Shown: positions 11,748-23,842, counted from the first letter of the stretch. The stretch: DNA of 64,000 bases from Octopus sinensis (GCF_006345805.1 NC_043002.1:2852001-2916000), one strand, 5' to 3'. Notes: a model not told the origin generated them from the sequence alone. Translations and numbers: made by a program.

Positions 11748-12944
11748 TACGTATGTACGTATGCAGACAGTTTGAGATATATCTATACATAATCCAAATT
11801 GTCATCCACTTGTCTCTTATGAAAAACTCCTCTCAGTCGGTGTGTGTGATGCATTATGGGAAGCTTTTTCGTGGTAATTAGCAGCAAATCTTTCTACGAC
11901 TACGTGACTCAATAGTGATTCATTATATCTTGGTAAAAAAAAAGGAGAAAGAAGAGAAAGAAAATAGTATTTGTTTTCTTTCTTACTTTCTAACTTCTTC
12001 TTTTTTCACTTTTCTTTCTTTTCAAGCAGCGTCCTTCCATGCTAGTCTCAACTTTAATTCGTGCATTTTCGTGTTTTCAGGCAAAATACCTACTCCTTTT
12101 TAAAATAGATTTTCATTTAGACAAACTTTAAAAGGTTGTTTTTTTTTCTCTCGTTCTTTTTTTTATATTTATATTTATTCGCTTTTGCTTCTTGTTACGT
12201 TTTTTTGAGTTTTATTTATTTAGTTGTTTATTGAATTAATTAATGTGTTTAGTGTCGAGTCGTCGTCTCATCTGTTGGCTTGGCTTAACGGTTGGAACGT
12301 GACTGATGGAAATCTCTGGAATTATCGACCGAAGAAAAGGGTTAAAAGTTAGAAGGTTATGGCGTGTAATGGTGGCGGAGAGACGAGCGAGACATCTAAT
12401 AAGGCGACATATTGCCCATGCTTAACACTCAACCCTTCTACTTCCTCTTCATATATACGTGTGTGTGTGTGTGTGTGTAAAGAGATTGATATGTACACAC
12501 ACACACACACACACACACACAGAAGAGGAAGAGAGAAGAGAGAGAACGTCTCTCTTCCTTCGTTCCTCTTTTCTTTATGTGTCACTTTGTTATTTTTGTA
12601 GTTGTTGTTGTTGCGGCTGTTGTTGTTGTTGTTGTTTGCAAAACTTAATCATCAAAACAATTTCTTTTTTCAAATGGATTAATAAAAATCAGTGTAAATC
12701 AATTTTTAGCATTCATTAAGTAATTATTTCTCTCTCTCTCCCCCCCTCTCTCTCTCCCTCTCTCTCACTCCCTCCCTCTCTCTCACCCTCTCTCTCTCTT
12801 CCTCCCTCTCTCTCTTCATCTGTCTGTCTGTCTGTTTATCTAGCTATCTATCTATCTTTCTCTTGCTCACCACCTGCGTATAATGCACAAACACAAACAC
12901 TCTTGCGTTTACAGACGACGTGTATGTATGCGCGCGTGTGTGTG

Positions 12945-12971
12945 TGCACATATATATTTATATAAGTATAC

Positions 12972-13015
<44 letters not shown>

Positions 13016-13039
13016 ACATATATATTTATATAAGTATAC

Positions 13040-13073
<34 letters not shown>

Positions 13074-13130
13074 ACATATATATTTATATAAGTATACATA
13101 TATATATGTATACTTATATAAATATATATA
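12945..13130. repeat. Higher-order ~60 bp tandem repeat built from TA/TG microsatellites
   Basis: Unit acatatatatttatataagtatacatatata..gtgtgtgtgt repeated about 3 times. Confidence 0.8.
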
Positions 13131-13353
13131 TATATATATATGTATATAAGTATATACATACATACATACATACATAGAGAGAAACACACATACACCTACA
13201 TGTGTGTGCGTGTCTATGCTATCCTTCCTTTGTCTCTCTTACACACACACACACCTTCGCACCTTCTGTCTTTCTTCCTTCGCCCTCTCCCCCACCTTTC
13301 CGTCTCTCTCCACCACCACCACCACCTTCTCTCTCGTCCGACCCTCTCCGTTT

Positions 13354-13397
<44 letters not shown>

Positions 13398-14015
13398 TCC
13401 TATTTATTCCTCTGCTTGTTTATCTTTGCGATGAGATCAATGCCGTGGCATAACTGGAAGCTGCTTCTGTCAAGCTGTACTAATTTCATTTCCATCGCTA
13501 ATGCACCAGACGAGAAAGAAAGCTCATAACTTCGCCATTTTCTTCCTCATCAAAATTGAATTCTTCAGACTTAATATACGCTGCCCTCGTCATACAACTT
13601 GGACACGAATGTGCTTTGTCATGCTAACTACTCTCCAACATTTTCCTCTTATAACACGAAAATGAAATCTTCTCTGATTTTAACGACTCAATTCTACTCT
13701 GTATGTCATCTCGAAATCCAATCGTCACTAAATCTCTCACTTATCTGCTTCTTTCTCCATCTTCTTTCCTCTATTTCTCTGTTTATCTTTCAACCTGTAT
13801 ATCTGCCTACCTATTTATTGATCTTCCCTGTCTCTGTCCGTATATTTGTCTTCTTGCCTGTTGGTCTCTCTATCCTCCTCTTTCTCTGTCCGTCTGCTTT
13901 TCTGTCCGTCTGTCGATCGAATCTTATTTGCATTTGTCTATCTTGTCTATGTCTTAAATCACTCTCTTACCTTTTATTTATATATCACTGACTGATATAT
14001 AGTAAACCCTAGACT

Positions 14016-14093
<78 letters not shown>

Positions 14094-14361
14094 ATATACA
14101 TACATGTGCAACAGTCAATTTAGATACTTTTTTCTTTTTCATTCTCTCTCCGTTTTTACCTTTTTCCATTTGTTCTCCCTTTTCATTCCTTTCTGTAGAA
14201 AAGCGTAGGCTCGAAACATCAAAGACCCTTCCATTTCTCCTGAGCATCAAAATTAATGCACCTTGTCTGTTGCTATCTCACCTGTGTCTCTCTTTTGTGT
14301 CTGTTGCTATCTCACCTGTGTCTCTCTTTTGTTATTGTTTTTCGCACAATGTTGCGCCAGA

Positions 14362-14402
14362 TACATAGATAGATAGACAAATAGATAGATAGCTAGACAG
14401 AC

Positions 14403-14498
<96 letters not shown>
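14362..14498. repeat. (GATA)n array at the 3' junction of Tx1 copy 1
   Basis: Directly visible. Confidence 0.97.
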
Positions 14499-14499
<1 letters not shown>

Positions 14500-15949
14500 T
14501 GTTTCTTTATTATCCATACAGGGCTGCACACAGACGGGGCAGATTACAAAGTAGAGCTTTTCTTTTTGGGGAAGAGAGAAAAAAGTGGGGTAGGTTTTAG
14601 ATCAAAAGGGATTGTAAAAGGGAAAGAAAAAAACGATCAATAGGGATCGTGTATCACAGAAATGTCATGATGTAAAGCGTAAAGGGGTTAGCAGATAAAG
14701 TTTATCCGTGTAAAGAAAAGCCTACGGAAAAGACCACGGTAACCTCGGTCAATAATGTCACATGTTAACACATTTGTTTGCGAGTAAGTAACCCTCTGTT
14801 TTCAATTTTTCCGGGTTCATAGGATTATGCTCAAGGTGGCTTCGTTATTCATACGTGCCATCCTTGCTACATTCACCCATCTTTTTTTTTAAACATTCGC
14901 TAGACAAAACTTGCCTTTCTACTCTCACTTTCCTTTTCAAGTGATTCTTGAAGAAGTTGATGGGAGATTGACCAGAGAGGAAAGTGTCTGTCTCCAATCC
15001 TTTCAGACACGTCCACCAGATACATTCTTTCGCCATAGCCACAAGAATGATGAAAATAGCTCTTCGTTCCCGTTTGAAGGAAGGAGGCGAGACAATATTG
15101 ACGATAGACTCGGCTGATAAACTGACTCGTCCCACACGTGACAGCAGTCATTCGACATAAGCCCAAAGGTCGGAGATTGTTGGACACTGCACGATTGCGT
15201 GTAGAACGGTTTCGTCGCTCTGACCGCATCTCGGGCAGATCGGCCCCGTGTTTCTCGAGCCGTGTCTGTAGAGCTTATCTCGAACGGATAGCGCTTCTCG
15301 ATAGCACTACCACGCCAGGGATCTCTGGAAATTGTCCATGGGTCCTGGCCCGAAAGTCGTCCTGAACAGGCGGATCAGGTATTCCTCGTCGACGTCCAGG
15401 TTCGCCCCGAGCTCGTCGTCGTACCTCCCCTCCACTAATCCCTTATAGAATGCTTTGGTTGTGTTGAAGTCGCTCAAGGTCGACCCGGGACGACATAGTT
15501 GCTTGAGAGCAACGCGACACTCGCGGTGCCATTCGCCCTTCCTCGGCCTCTTTTTGATCCACGACTGCAGTTCGGTCATGGAAACGAGTTGCGGGAAGGC
15601 GTGCCCCACAAACGGCGACCACACCTGTTCGCCGTCGTCTACGTAGAGTCTGAGATGTCGCAGTCTCAGCGCGTGTCTGCGCATCATTAACCACGACATG
15701 CCCAGCCCTCCTTTTAACGGGTGTTGACAGCAAATGGATCGCCTGACCATCGGGACGCATCCTTTCCACAAGAAGCGGAAGAGAATGCGTTCTAGTTTGG
15801 TGATGGTAGGGTCGGGACAAGGTACGAGGGTCAGGCGGTAGTAGATGACGGACGCGATGTACGTGTTCGCCACCTCCACCCGACCTTTTAGGGACAGTTT
15901 CCTCTCGGCCCATTGACGGGCGAGAGTGACCACCCTACTCGTTATCTCG
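14499..15949 (-). mobile_element. Tx1/L1-clade LINE, 5'-truncated copy 1 (ORF2 C-terminus + 3' UTR)
   Basis: ERKLSLKGRVEVANTYIASVIYYRL..KGGLG..FQRSLAW, followed by the zf-RVT region with lesions. The 3' end AATAAAGAAACAT abuts ATCT repeats. Confidence 0.95.
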
Positions 15950-15955
15950 TTAGAT

Positions 15956-16027
15956 ATGTTTCTTTATTAGCCACACAGGGCTGCACACAGATAGAACAAA
16001 TTACAAGGTAGAGCTTTTCTTTTGAAG

Positions 16028-16062
<35 letters not shown>

Positions 16063-16695
16063 AAAGGGGAGTTTCGATCAAAAGGGATCGTAAAAGGAGA
16101 GAAAGAGGACAAAAAAAAGGGGGGGGGTAAAAAAAAAAAAAAAAGGGGGGAGAGGAAAAAAAATTGATCAATAGGGATCGTTATCACAGAAATGTCAATA
16201 TGAAGTGTAAAGGGGAGGACAGGTGAGGTTTACCCGTGGAAAGAAAAGCCTACGGAAAAGACCACGGTAACCTCGGTCAATGAAGTCACATTTTATATTT
16301 CTTTTTTTTTTTTTTTTTTTTGCAAATAAGCAACTCTCTGTTTTCGATTTCTGGGTTCATAGGACTATGCTCAAGGTGGCTTCGTCATTCATACGTGCCA
16401 TTCTTGCTACATTCACCCATCTTTTTTTAAAACATTCACTAGACAAAACTTGCCTCTCTACTCTCACTTTCCTTTTCAAGTGGTACTTGAAGAAGTTGAT
16501 GAGAGATTGACCAGAGAGGAAAGTGTTTGTCTCCAATCCTTTCAGACGCGTCCACCAGATACATTCTTTCGCCATAGCCACAAGGATGATGAAAATAGCT
16601 CTTCCTTCCCGTTTGAAGGAAGGAGGCGTGACAATATTGACGATAGACTCAGCTGATAAACCGACTCGTCCCACACGTGACAGCAGTTGTTCGAC

Positions 16696-16696
<1 letters not shown>
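15956..16696 (-). mobile_element. Tx1/L1-clade LINE, 5'-truncated copy 2
   Basis: [29 protein letters not shown] plus 3' UTR. The 5' end abuts (TATC)n at 16697; only ttagat separates it from copy 1. Confidence 0.95.
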
Positions 16697-16774
<78 letters not shown>

Positions 16775-16796
16775 CAGATAGATAGACACACAGACT

Positions 16797-16869
<73 letters not shown>

Positions 16870-16955
16870 GCAGGCAGGCAGGTAGGCAGGTACGTAGGCA
16901 GGTAGGTAGGTAGGTAGGTAGGTAGGTAGGTAGGTAGGTAGGTAGGTAGGTAGGC
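16697..16955. repeat. (GATA)n grading into (GGCA)/(GGTA)n
   Basis: Directly visible. Confidence 0.95.
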
Positions 16956-17526
16956 ATAGACGTATGTTTACGTATACACACACACACCTGTTAGCTCCAA
17001 CCGACGTGAAACAATTGAAAGTAGCAAATCCTACGTGTTTCCTTCCTTCAACATTTTCTTTTTCCCATTAATCTGCTTTTGTATATTATTATTCTGATTA
17101 AATCTTTTGCACTATCTGATCTATTAACTGGTATTTACAATAAGAAGTGATTAACAATAGACGAGTAATTATCTTAAATCCTGTAATGAATACTAAATGA
17201 GCAAATAACAAACGACCGAGCAACAAACAGAACGCAACTGGCCTTTGGCTCCGTCTCCTCTTTTATTCGAATCGTAGCCAGCGTTCTACGGCAAACTATG
17301 GGTGGAGGAGGGGGAGGTGGAGGGGAGAGAGAAAGCAGATATAAACACAGCGTTCGTCCTATCATCTTCCTGTACATCCGGTTCCGGTGATCTATTTTAT
17401 TTATATTTGTTATGGTGCCACTTCAGATAATTCTTCAGTTTAGCCATCTTTAGGAAATGAGAGAAAAAAAAATGTTTATCAAGGAATCCTCCTCAAGTAA
17501 CAATGAAGAGAGTGAAACACAACGTT

Positions 17527-17676
17527 GGTGGTGGCGGTGGCGGCGGTGGTGGTGGCGGCGGTGGTGGTGGTGGTGGTGGTGGTGGCAGCGGTGGTGGTGG
17601 CGGTGGTGGCGGTGGCGGCGGCGGTGGCGGCGGCGGTGGCGGCGGCGGTGGCGGTGGCGGCGGCGGTGGCGGTGGC
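17527..17676. repeat. Mixed (GGT/GGC)n triplet tract, 50 triplets
   Basis: Directly visible; one AGC interruption. Confidence 0.95.
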
Positions 17677-18868
17677 GACTTCTGAATTTTTATTCGTTTT
17701 AAAGTGTGGCTGGAACATTGAAATTTCCTGGTTATTTGTCTCCAGTTACAAATAACATTGACAAACAGCGGAATGTTATCTTTCGTATCTCGATCAAAAC
17801 CCAGGAGAGGTGTTCAACCACATTACTGCAAACTAATCACACGATATTTAATGATGTTGTGCTATTAATTAATGAGATCTACCTATAATTGCTACCTATT
17901 TACAGTCACTTGGCAGACTGTGATGTCGAAATGGTACATTGAAAACAAAATAATTTCTTTGTCAGTTTTTCTTTCAACGATTTTTACCAAGAAATAATTA
18001 CATTCATTGAAATTGCTAAAAAGATATTCTTGACAATAATTGCTATTGTAACAAACCGCAAATGTCACTTCACAATACAATCATTGATTAAGCTTTGTGA
18101 AGTCATCGATGTTTGCTTACTTGACAACATGGACGAGATAATAATATAAGAGAAGGAAAGAGTTGGATATAAAACACCCAATTGTCTGGGAAAATAAATT
18201 TCTAAGTAAAGTGGGATTCGTTTATTCTTCGGAGGAATTAACGTCCCAAAGAAATTGATTTCAACTGGGAATCGAAACAGACTTGTACACACGGTTCACT
18301 GGGCGCTTTAATTACAGTTAAAACTAATTTCTTAATTATGCAAAGATCCAAAAAGCTAAATGTGATTTTAAAAAAACAGATTGTGTGGTGTTTGACAACT
18401 TAGCAAGAAGGTTGGTTTAATAAAATTACACAAATTGATTTAAACCGAGAATGGTAACCTCGTTGCAGACTTTGCTGAATGCGGACGCATCACGTGAGCT
18501 CTGATGCATAAAAATCGTTTCGGTGTCAACATCTGTTTGAAGGTTTAATGAGACGGGTCCAGAACCAAAAATTAAATGTGTGTATAAAAGAATATGTAAA
18601 ATGGTGTATAAATACAATGGAAATAATTTCATGGTATGAAGTTAAAAATTATTATAATTCCTGACAAGCAATAAAATCTACCTAAATAAATATTCCTTAT
18701 GATTTACAAAATTTAATCAAGTCAGGGATATTAAACGAGGTAATAAAAGCATAGCCAATTTAAATTACGATCGATTTCTAAGAATTTTAAATTATGGAAT
18801 TATAAACAAGAAGTTTACCACGTGAAAACTATATCGGCCAACAAATATAAAACCAGATTCTGATATGT

Positions 18869-18938
<70 letters not shown>

Positions 18939-18944
18939 TTTTCA

Positions 18945-19885
18945 TTAGCATCTTCTTTTTTTCAATTTTGTTACCATTTCTTGCCTAGAATCTTTCCGAT
19001 ACCTAGAGCAGAGAAACGCATTGTACACATTGGTAGGCCATTAAAATAATCACACCAGATTGTTCAGTAACAAAGAAATGTGATAGAGAAAAAGAGGAAG
19101 AAAGACAGAGAGAAAAAGGGAAAAAGCAAAAAGGAAACAAAGAAAATAAAGGGGTGGGGAGAAAGAAAATTCACATCAAAAATGTTCTTCTCAATATGAG
19201 TGACGTTGCAGTTAAGACAATCTTTTGCCCTTGCTGCATGGATGGTAAGCCAGGGGTCATTCTTAAATATTTTTCAGTTCTTTTTTTGGTCATTCCAAAT
19301 GCTCCTACAATCACTTGTATTGTAACCGTCTTGAGATGCCACATCTTTCCGATATCGATTAGCAGATCTTTATATTCTCTGAGCTTATCAAATTCTTTCG
19401 CCAAGATATTATGGTCACAAATTATGCTCATGTCAATCAATAAACAAACTTTGTTTTAGTCTTTCATAACAATATCTGGTTTATTAGCTTTGATGGTCCG
19501 GTCTGTACATACTGGAAAGTCCCAAAGAATCATTACATTCTCTCCCTCTCTAACAGCCTCAGGGTGGTGCTTGTACCATTTGTCAGCAGTTTTGATTTTA
19601 TAACGCCGACATATTATCCAATGTAGACATTGACCAACTCTGTCATGTCTTGATTTGTATTCTACAGGTGCCAAAACCTTTCACCCAGAGATTAGGGGGT
19701 CCACTGTCTCAGTCCCATCGTTGCAGTATCGGCAGTTTGGGTTTACTCCATTTTTTATCATATTGTTTTAATAGTTCCGGGTCAATAAGCTCTGAACTTG
19801 AACAACTAAGATAAAGCCTTCAAACTCTGCCTTTAGCCCTGAGCTCCGTAGCTACTGATGGCTGTGCTTCTCATCTACATCAGCT
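18945..19885 (-). mobile_element. R4/Dong-clade LINE, 5'-truncated (CCHC zinc finger + RLE + 3' UTR)
   Basis: LRSSGLKAEFEGFILVVQVQSLLTRNY..PNCRYCNDGTETVDPLISG*KVLAPVEYKSRHDRVG..ILWDFPVCTDRTIKANKPDIV..KYLR..QKIVLTATSLILRR. Flanked by (TAA)n at the 5' side and (TAG)n at the 3' side. Confidence 0.92.
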
Positions 19886-20580
19886 TATTATTATTATTAT
19901 TATTATTACTATTATTATTATTATTATTATATTATTATTATTATTATTAGCATCATCATCATGATTATTATTGTTATTACTATCATTATTATTATAGAAT
20001 CTGGTTCTCTGGCAAATGTAACATTGAAACAGCGACGGGAAATATCACGACACCCGATATTATGTCAACAGTGTTAAACCTACCCAAGGCACTAAAATAT
20101 GAGAGAAACATCGCGTTCCCTGCACCTGTAATAGGAGGGGAAAACAAGAAAATCAGGAATGGTAGAAGATTAGTTAGCATGGCACTGAAAAATGTGTAGA
20201 AGTTAAATTGCACAAGGTAACAGATGTGGAGAGGCGAAGGAATGAGAAACGGGTAGGTCGGGTGGAAAGGTACTGCAACTGTTGTAGGCAATATTCTTCC
20301 TCTGATGCGTCCGCACTCAGCGAACTTTACAAGGATGTTACCATTCTCGGTTTAAATCAACTTTTGATATTTAATTCCACCAACCTTCTTAGTAAATGCT
20401 CAAACACCACAAAATCTGATTGAGGAACTCTTTGCGATTATTTTGTTTTTTTGCAAGACTGAGTTTGGTTTTAAGTGGCTTAAAAGATGTGAAGGGAATA
20501 ACTAAGATGTTTTCAGTTACCCGCTTAGTTATCTCGGGTGGATGGAGGGGGGGAAAAGTATAATTTCTGTCACAATTAAT

Positions 20581-20927
20581 GATGTTCTCGCCCACAACAT
20601 CATAAGCGGAAAGTGTAACCTCTCGAAAGAGCTGTTCTTCACTCCTGCTCCAGAGCGTCGGCTGCGGGGTCATTCCGAAAAGCTCTACCTGCGACGATTT
20701 CATCTCAATCGAAGGAGAGGAGCTTTCTCCGTCCGGGTTGCGGATCCGTGGAACAAGCTGCCAGACAAGATGGTGAAGATGCCGACGACCGCTTTGTTCA
20801 AAGCCTCCCTGGACCTCAAGTGGCCTGAACTCTTTACATGAACACCACCCTGTACTTAACTCCATGTCCCCCTACATGGCCTTGCTATTTGCTTTTGAGC
20901 CAAATTAACTAACTAACTACCTAACTA
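20581..20927 (+). mobile_element. CR1/L2-group LINE 3' end
   Basis: RLRGHSEKLYLRRFHLNRRRGAFSVRVADPWNKLPDKMVKMPTTALFKASLD is the classic CR1 ORF2 C-terminus; (TAAC)n tail at ~20903-20927. Confidence 0.9.
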
Positions 20928-20949
20928 GCATAAAACTGGCAACGCACAT

Positions 20950-21115
20950 CCAGCCAATAGGATTCTGGATCAGGTGAGAGAGGGGGTGGAGGAAAATGTG
21001 AGAAGCCTTGCTTTGATTCTTAATTGGTCAAAGGCGGTGATTGGTTGTGAGGAAGTATGACTGGAGTTTCGGTTTATTGGTGAGGAATACAAATTGATAA
21101 TGGAAACTAATTGGT
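20950..21115. promoter_or_regulatory. Cluster of five CCAAT/ATTGG boxes plus a GT-box; candidate NF-Y promoter or LTR/U3-like region
   Basis: CCAAT at 20954; ATTGG at 21023, 21040, 21076 and 21110; gggggtggag near 20983. Confidence 0.35.
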
Positions 21116-21364
21116 GCAGAATGTTCGAAATAGCAAAATATTCGGTCTCTGTACAACTAATGTCTACAATAATGAGGATGGAACTCAGTAAATCTTATAA
21201 ATCTAGATTTACTTTCAAAATCGCTGTCAATAGTGAATAAGAACTTAAATATTCTTGAGATGATTCTTTTCTTGTAGCGTTTGTTGTGGCGGAGTGGATA
21301 TGATCGAGGAAGACCCTCCAAATGATAAGTATTTGTAACAAATTCGATCTCAACCAAAGATTAA

Positions 21365-21657
21365 AATGTTTGTTTGTTTGTTCCTTCTCGAACCATGCCT
21401 GGCTCATAAGGGCCGGTTTCCCGGTTTCCCTAGCGTATAGGTTCCCCACCTGGACGGGACGACAGCCCATCGCAGGTGAACTGCAAGATGCAGGAGGAAA
21501 AAGCGAGAGAAAGTTGTGGCGAAAGAGTCAGCAGAAGTTCGCCATTACCTTCTGCCGGAGCCGCGTGAAGCTTAGGTGTTTCGCTCATAAACACACACCC
21601 GAGATCCCTCGACCACGAGTCCGCTGCTCTAACCACTGGGCCATATGCCTCCACAAA
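21365..21657 (-). mobile_element. tRNA-derived SINE family D with an (AAAC)n tail
   Basis: Minus head gtggaggcatatggcccagtggttagagcagcggactc (A-box); the tail reads tttgtttgtttgtt on the plus strand. Confidence 0.75.
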
Positions 21658-22159
21658 GATTAAAATATTGTTATAATTTGTAAAACAAATTAAAAAAAGG
21701 CAAAAATGGGGAAATTTATTGGATTAAAATGACAAATATCTGTAAATAATAATTTTTTAAAAATCTTTTGACCAGATGAAAGATAACAACAATCTTATAA
21801 AGCATGGAAAATGGAGGAGCAGCATGTTTTGTTATTTTCAGATTTTTTAGTGAAGCAAAGAAAATGAAACTATTTCTAACCAGATTTCGAAACTGGATCA
21901 AACTCCGATAATCTGTAAAATAATCGCAGAAGATTATTTCGATGTTGGTTGGTCTGATTGGTTGGAATCTCCAGTCACATCTTACGTTGCAAAGAGCGGA
22001 GGCTGCAGAAAGTTAGAGAGAGATAGAAAGATAATTAATGTAAGAGGTGTAGGATGAGTGGTGAGAGAGAATGATAGAGACAGGAGGAGGAGGAGGAGGA
22101 GGAGGAATGAATGAAAGAGGAGTCATAGGAAGAGTTATACGGGTGAGAAACTTGTGTTA

Positions 22160-22426
22160 CTCTCTTTTACTCTTTTACTTGTTTCAGTCATTTGACTGCG
22201 GCCATGCTGGAGCAGCGCCTTTAGTCGAGCAAATCAACCCCGGGACTTATTCTTTGTAAGCCCAGTACTTATTCTATCGATCTCTTTTGCCGAACCGTTA
22301 AGTTACGGAGACTTAAACACACCAGCATCGGTTGTCAAGCGATGTTGGTGGGGGACAAACACAGACACACAAATATACACACACACCACACACACACACA
22401 CACATACACACACACACACATATATA

Positions 22427-22479
<53 letters not shown>

Positions 22480-22637
22480 ACTGGCTTCTTTCAGTTTCCG
22501 TCTACGAAATCCACTCACAAGGCTTTGGTCGACCCAAGGCTATAGTAGAAGACACTTGCCTAAGGTGCCACGCAGTGGGACTGAACCCAGAACCATGTGG
22601 TTCGTAAGCAAGCTACTTACCACACTGCCACTCCTAC
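22160..22637 (-). mobile_element. tRNA-derived SINE family B, full length, with a central CA/TA microsatellite
   Basis: Head gtaggagtggcagtgtggtaagtagc..gggttcagtcccactgcgtggcacc; tail gactgaaacaagtaaaagagtaaaagag. Confidence 0.92.
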
Positions 22638-22796
22638 GTGTTATTTAATTTTTTTTAGATAATATTTTTCTTTTGAAAGTTAGTATTCATTTCAATTTTT
22701 TTATAAGCACGAAGAAATTCAATAAAATTTAAGATATTGTATGTATGCCGTATTCTCTGATTTCCCCCATGAGCTGTGTATTGGTATATCTCCAGA

Positions 22797-22823
22797 GTTA
22801 CCCATCGTCACGTGACGGGTAAC
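22797..22823. promoter_or_regulatory. Palindrome containing GTCACGTGAC (E-box/CLEAR-like)
   Basis: gttaccc-atc-gtcacgtgac-gggtaac. Confidence 0.25.
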
Positions 22824-23684
22824 GCTTGAGAATATAAAATAACATTTCGAGACGCGAAGCAAATTGTTTTAATGGAAATGTCGATTAAATTGGCGTCATT
22901 ATAGTTTCATTGACCCAGGAGATGTGAAACATTTAAACCGACACTAAAGAATTTGAACTCGGAAGAGAGTGAGATAAAACTAATTAGTGTAATTAACTTA
23001 GTGCTATACCACCTCAGGCATTTCAGCTGATCTCTATTTATAGCTAAAATATCGAATGTTTTTGATGAGAAGAAGTATATTTTATTTTCAATCTTAAAAT
23101 AGACAAAATTGATAACGGAATACTAAATTGGAGCGTACGGCTTTCATTTAATTTATTTCTATTAAAATTTACCGAGTTTGGAAGAAAACAAATAAAACAA
23201 ACAAATAATTCAAAGAAGCTAAAACTTCTGGAAGCGCAAAATAAAACGAAGAAGAAAAAAATTACTTGAAGGTGGTTGAATTCCTTTGAAGTTGAAGATT
23301 CCAATTAAAAGGATCTATTTTCTTTCTACTCCAAGTTCGATGCTTAAAAGTTGGGAAATTGTTGAAGAAGTGATTCCCAAACACCTGCTTGGTAACATCC
23401 TGTTTTTAGTCTGTTAGGAAGTCAACGATATCTTGAGAGTAATTCTCTTCCTGCAACATCACCGTCTTTTGTTCTTTGAAGAAACAATTCCAAAGTCAAA
23501 AGTCGTCGCAGCTGAATCTTTTCTTAATTGTCTCAAATTCTTCACACTTCAGTTGGACATGCAATCATAGCAGCTCGATAAATATTTAGCTTCTTTACCG
23601 GTAGAATCGTTCAGTTTGATCAATTTTCTATTAAATAGGCAATCATAGAAACACTGGGAGAGCTGGACCGCTTACCGTATTACT

Positions 23685-23750
23685 GCTGCTGCCGCTACTG
23701 CTGACTTTTGTTGTTGTCGTTGTTGCTGTTGTTGACGACGACGATGCTGC

Positions 23751-23816
<66 letters not shown>

Positions 23817-23842
23817 CGATGACGATGATGATGATGATGATT
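23685..23842. repeat. Compound trinucleotide tract (GCT/GTT/GAC/GAT)n
   Basis: Directly visible. Confidence 0.95.

Noticed and set aside
17503-17685. Glycine-rich protein CDS
   Set aside because: Only a triplet tract with a short leader; no splice or domain support. Kept as a repeat.
21600-21657. tRNA gene calls at SINE heads (also near 7850-7912, 22570-22637, 36627-36700)
   Set aside because: A/B-box-like motifs are present but there is no complete cloverleaf, and each continues into a SINE body.
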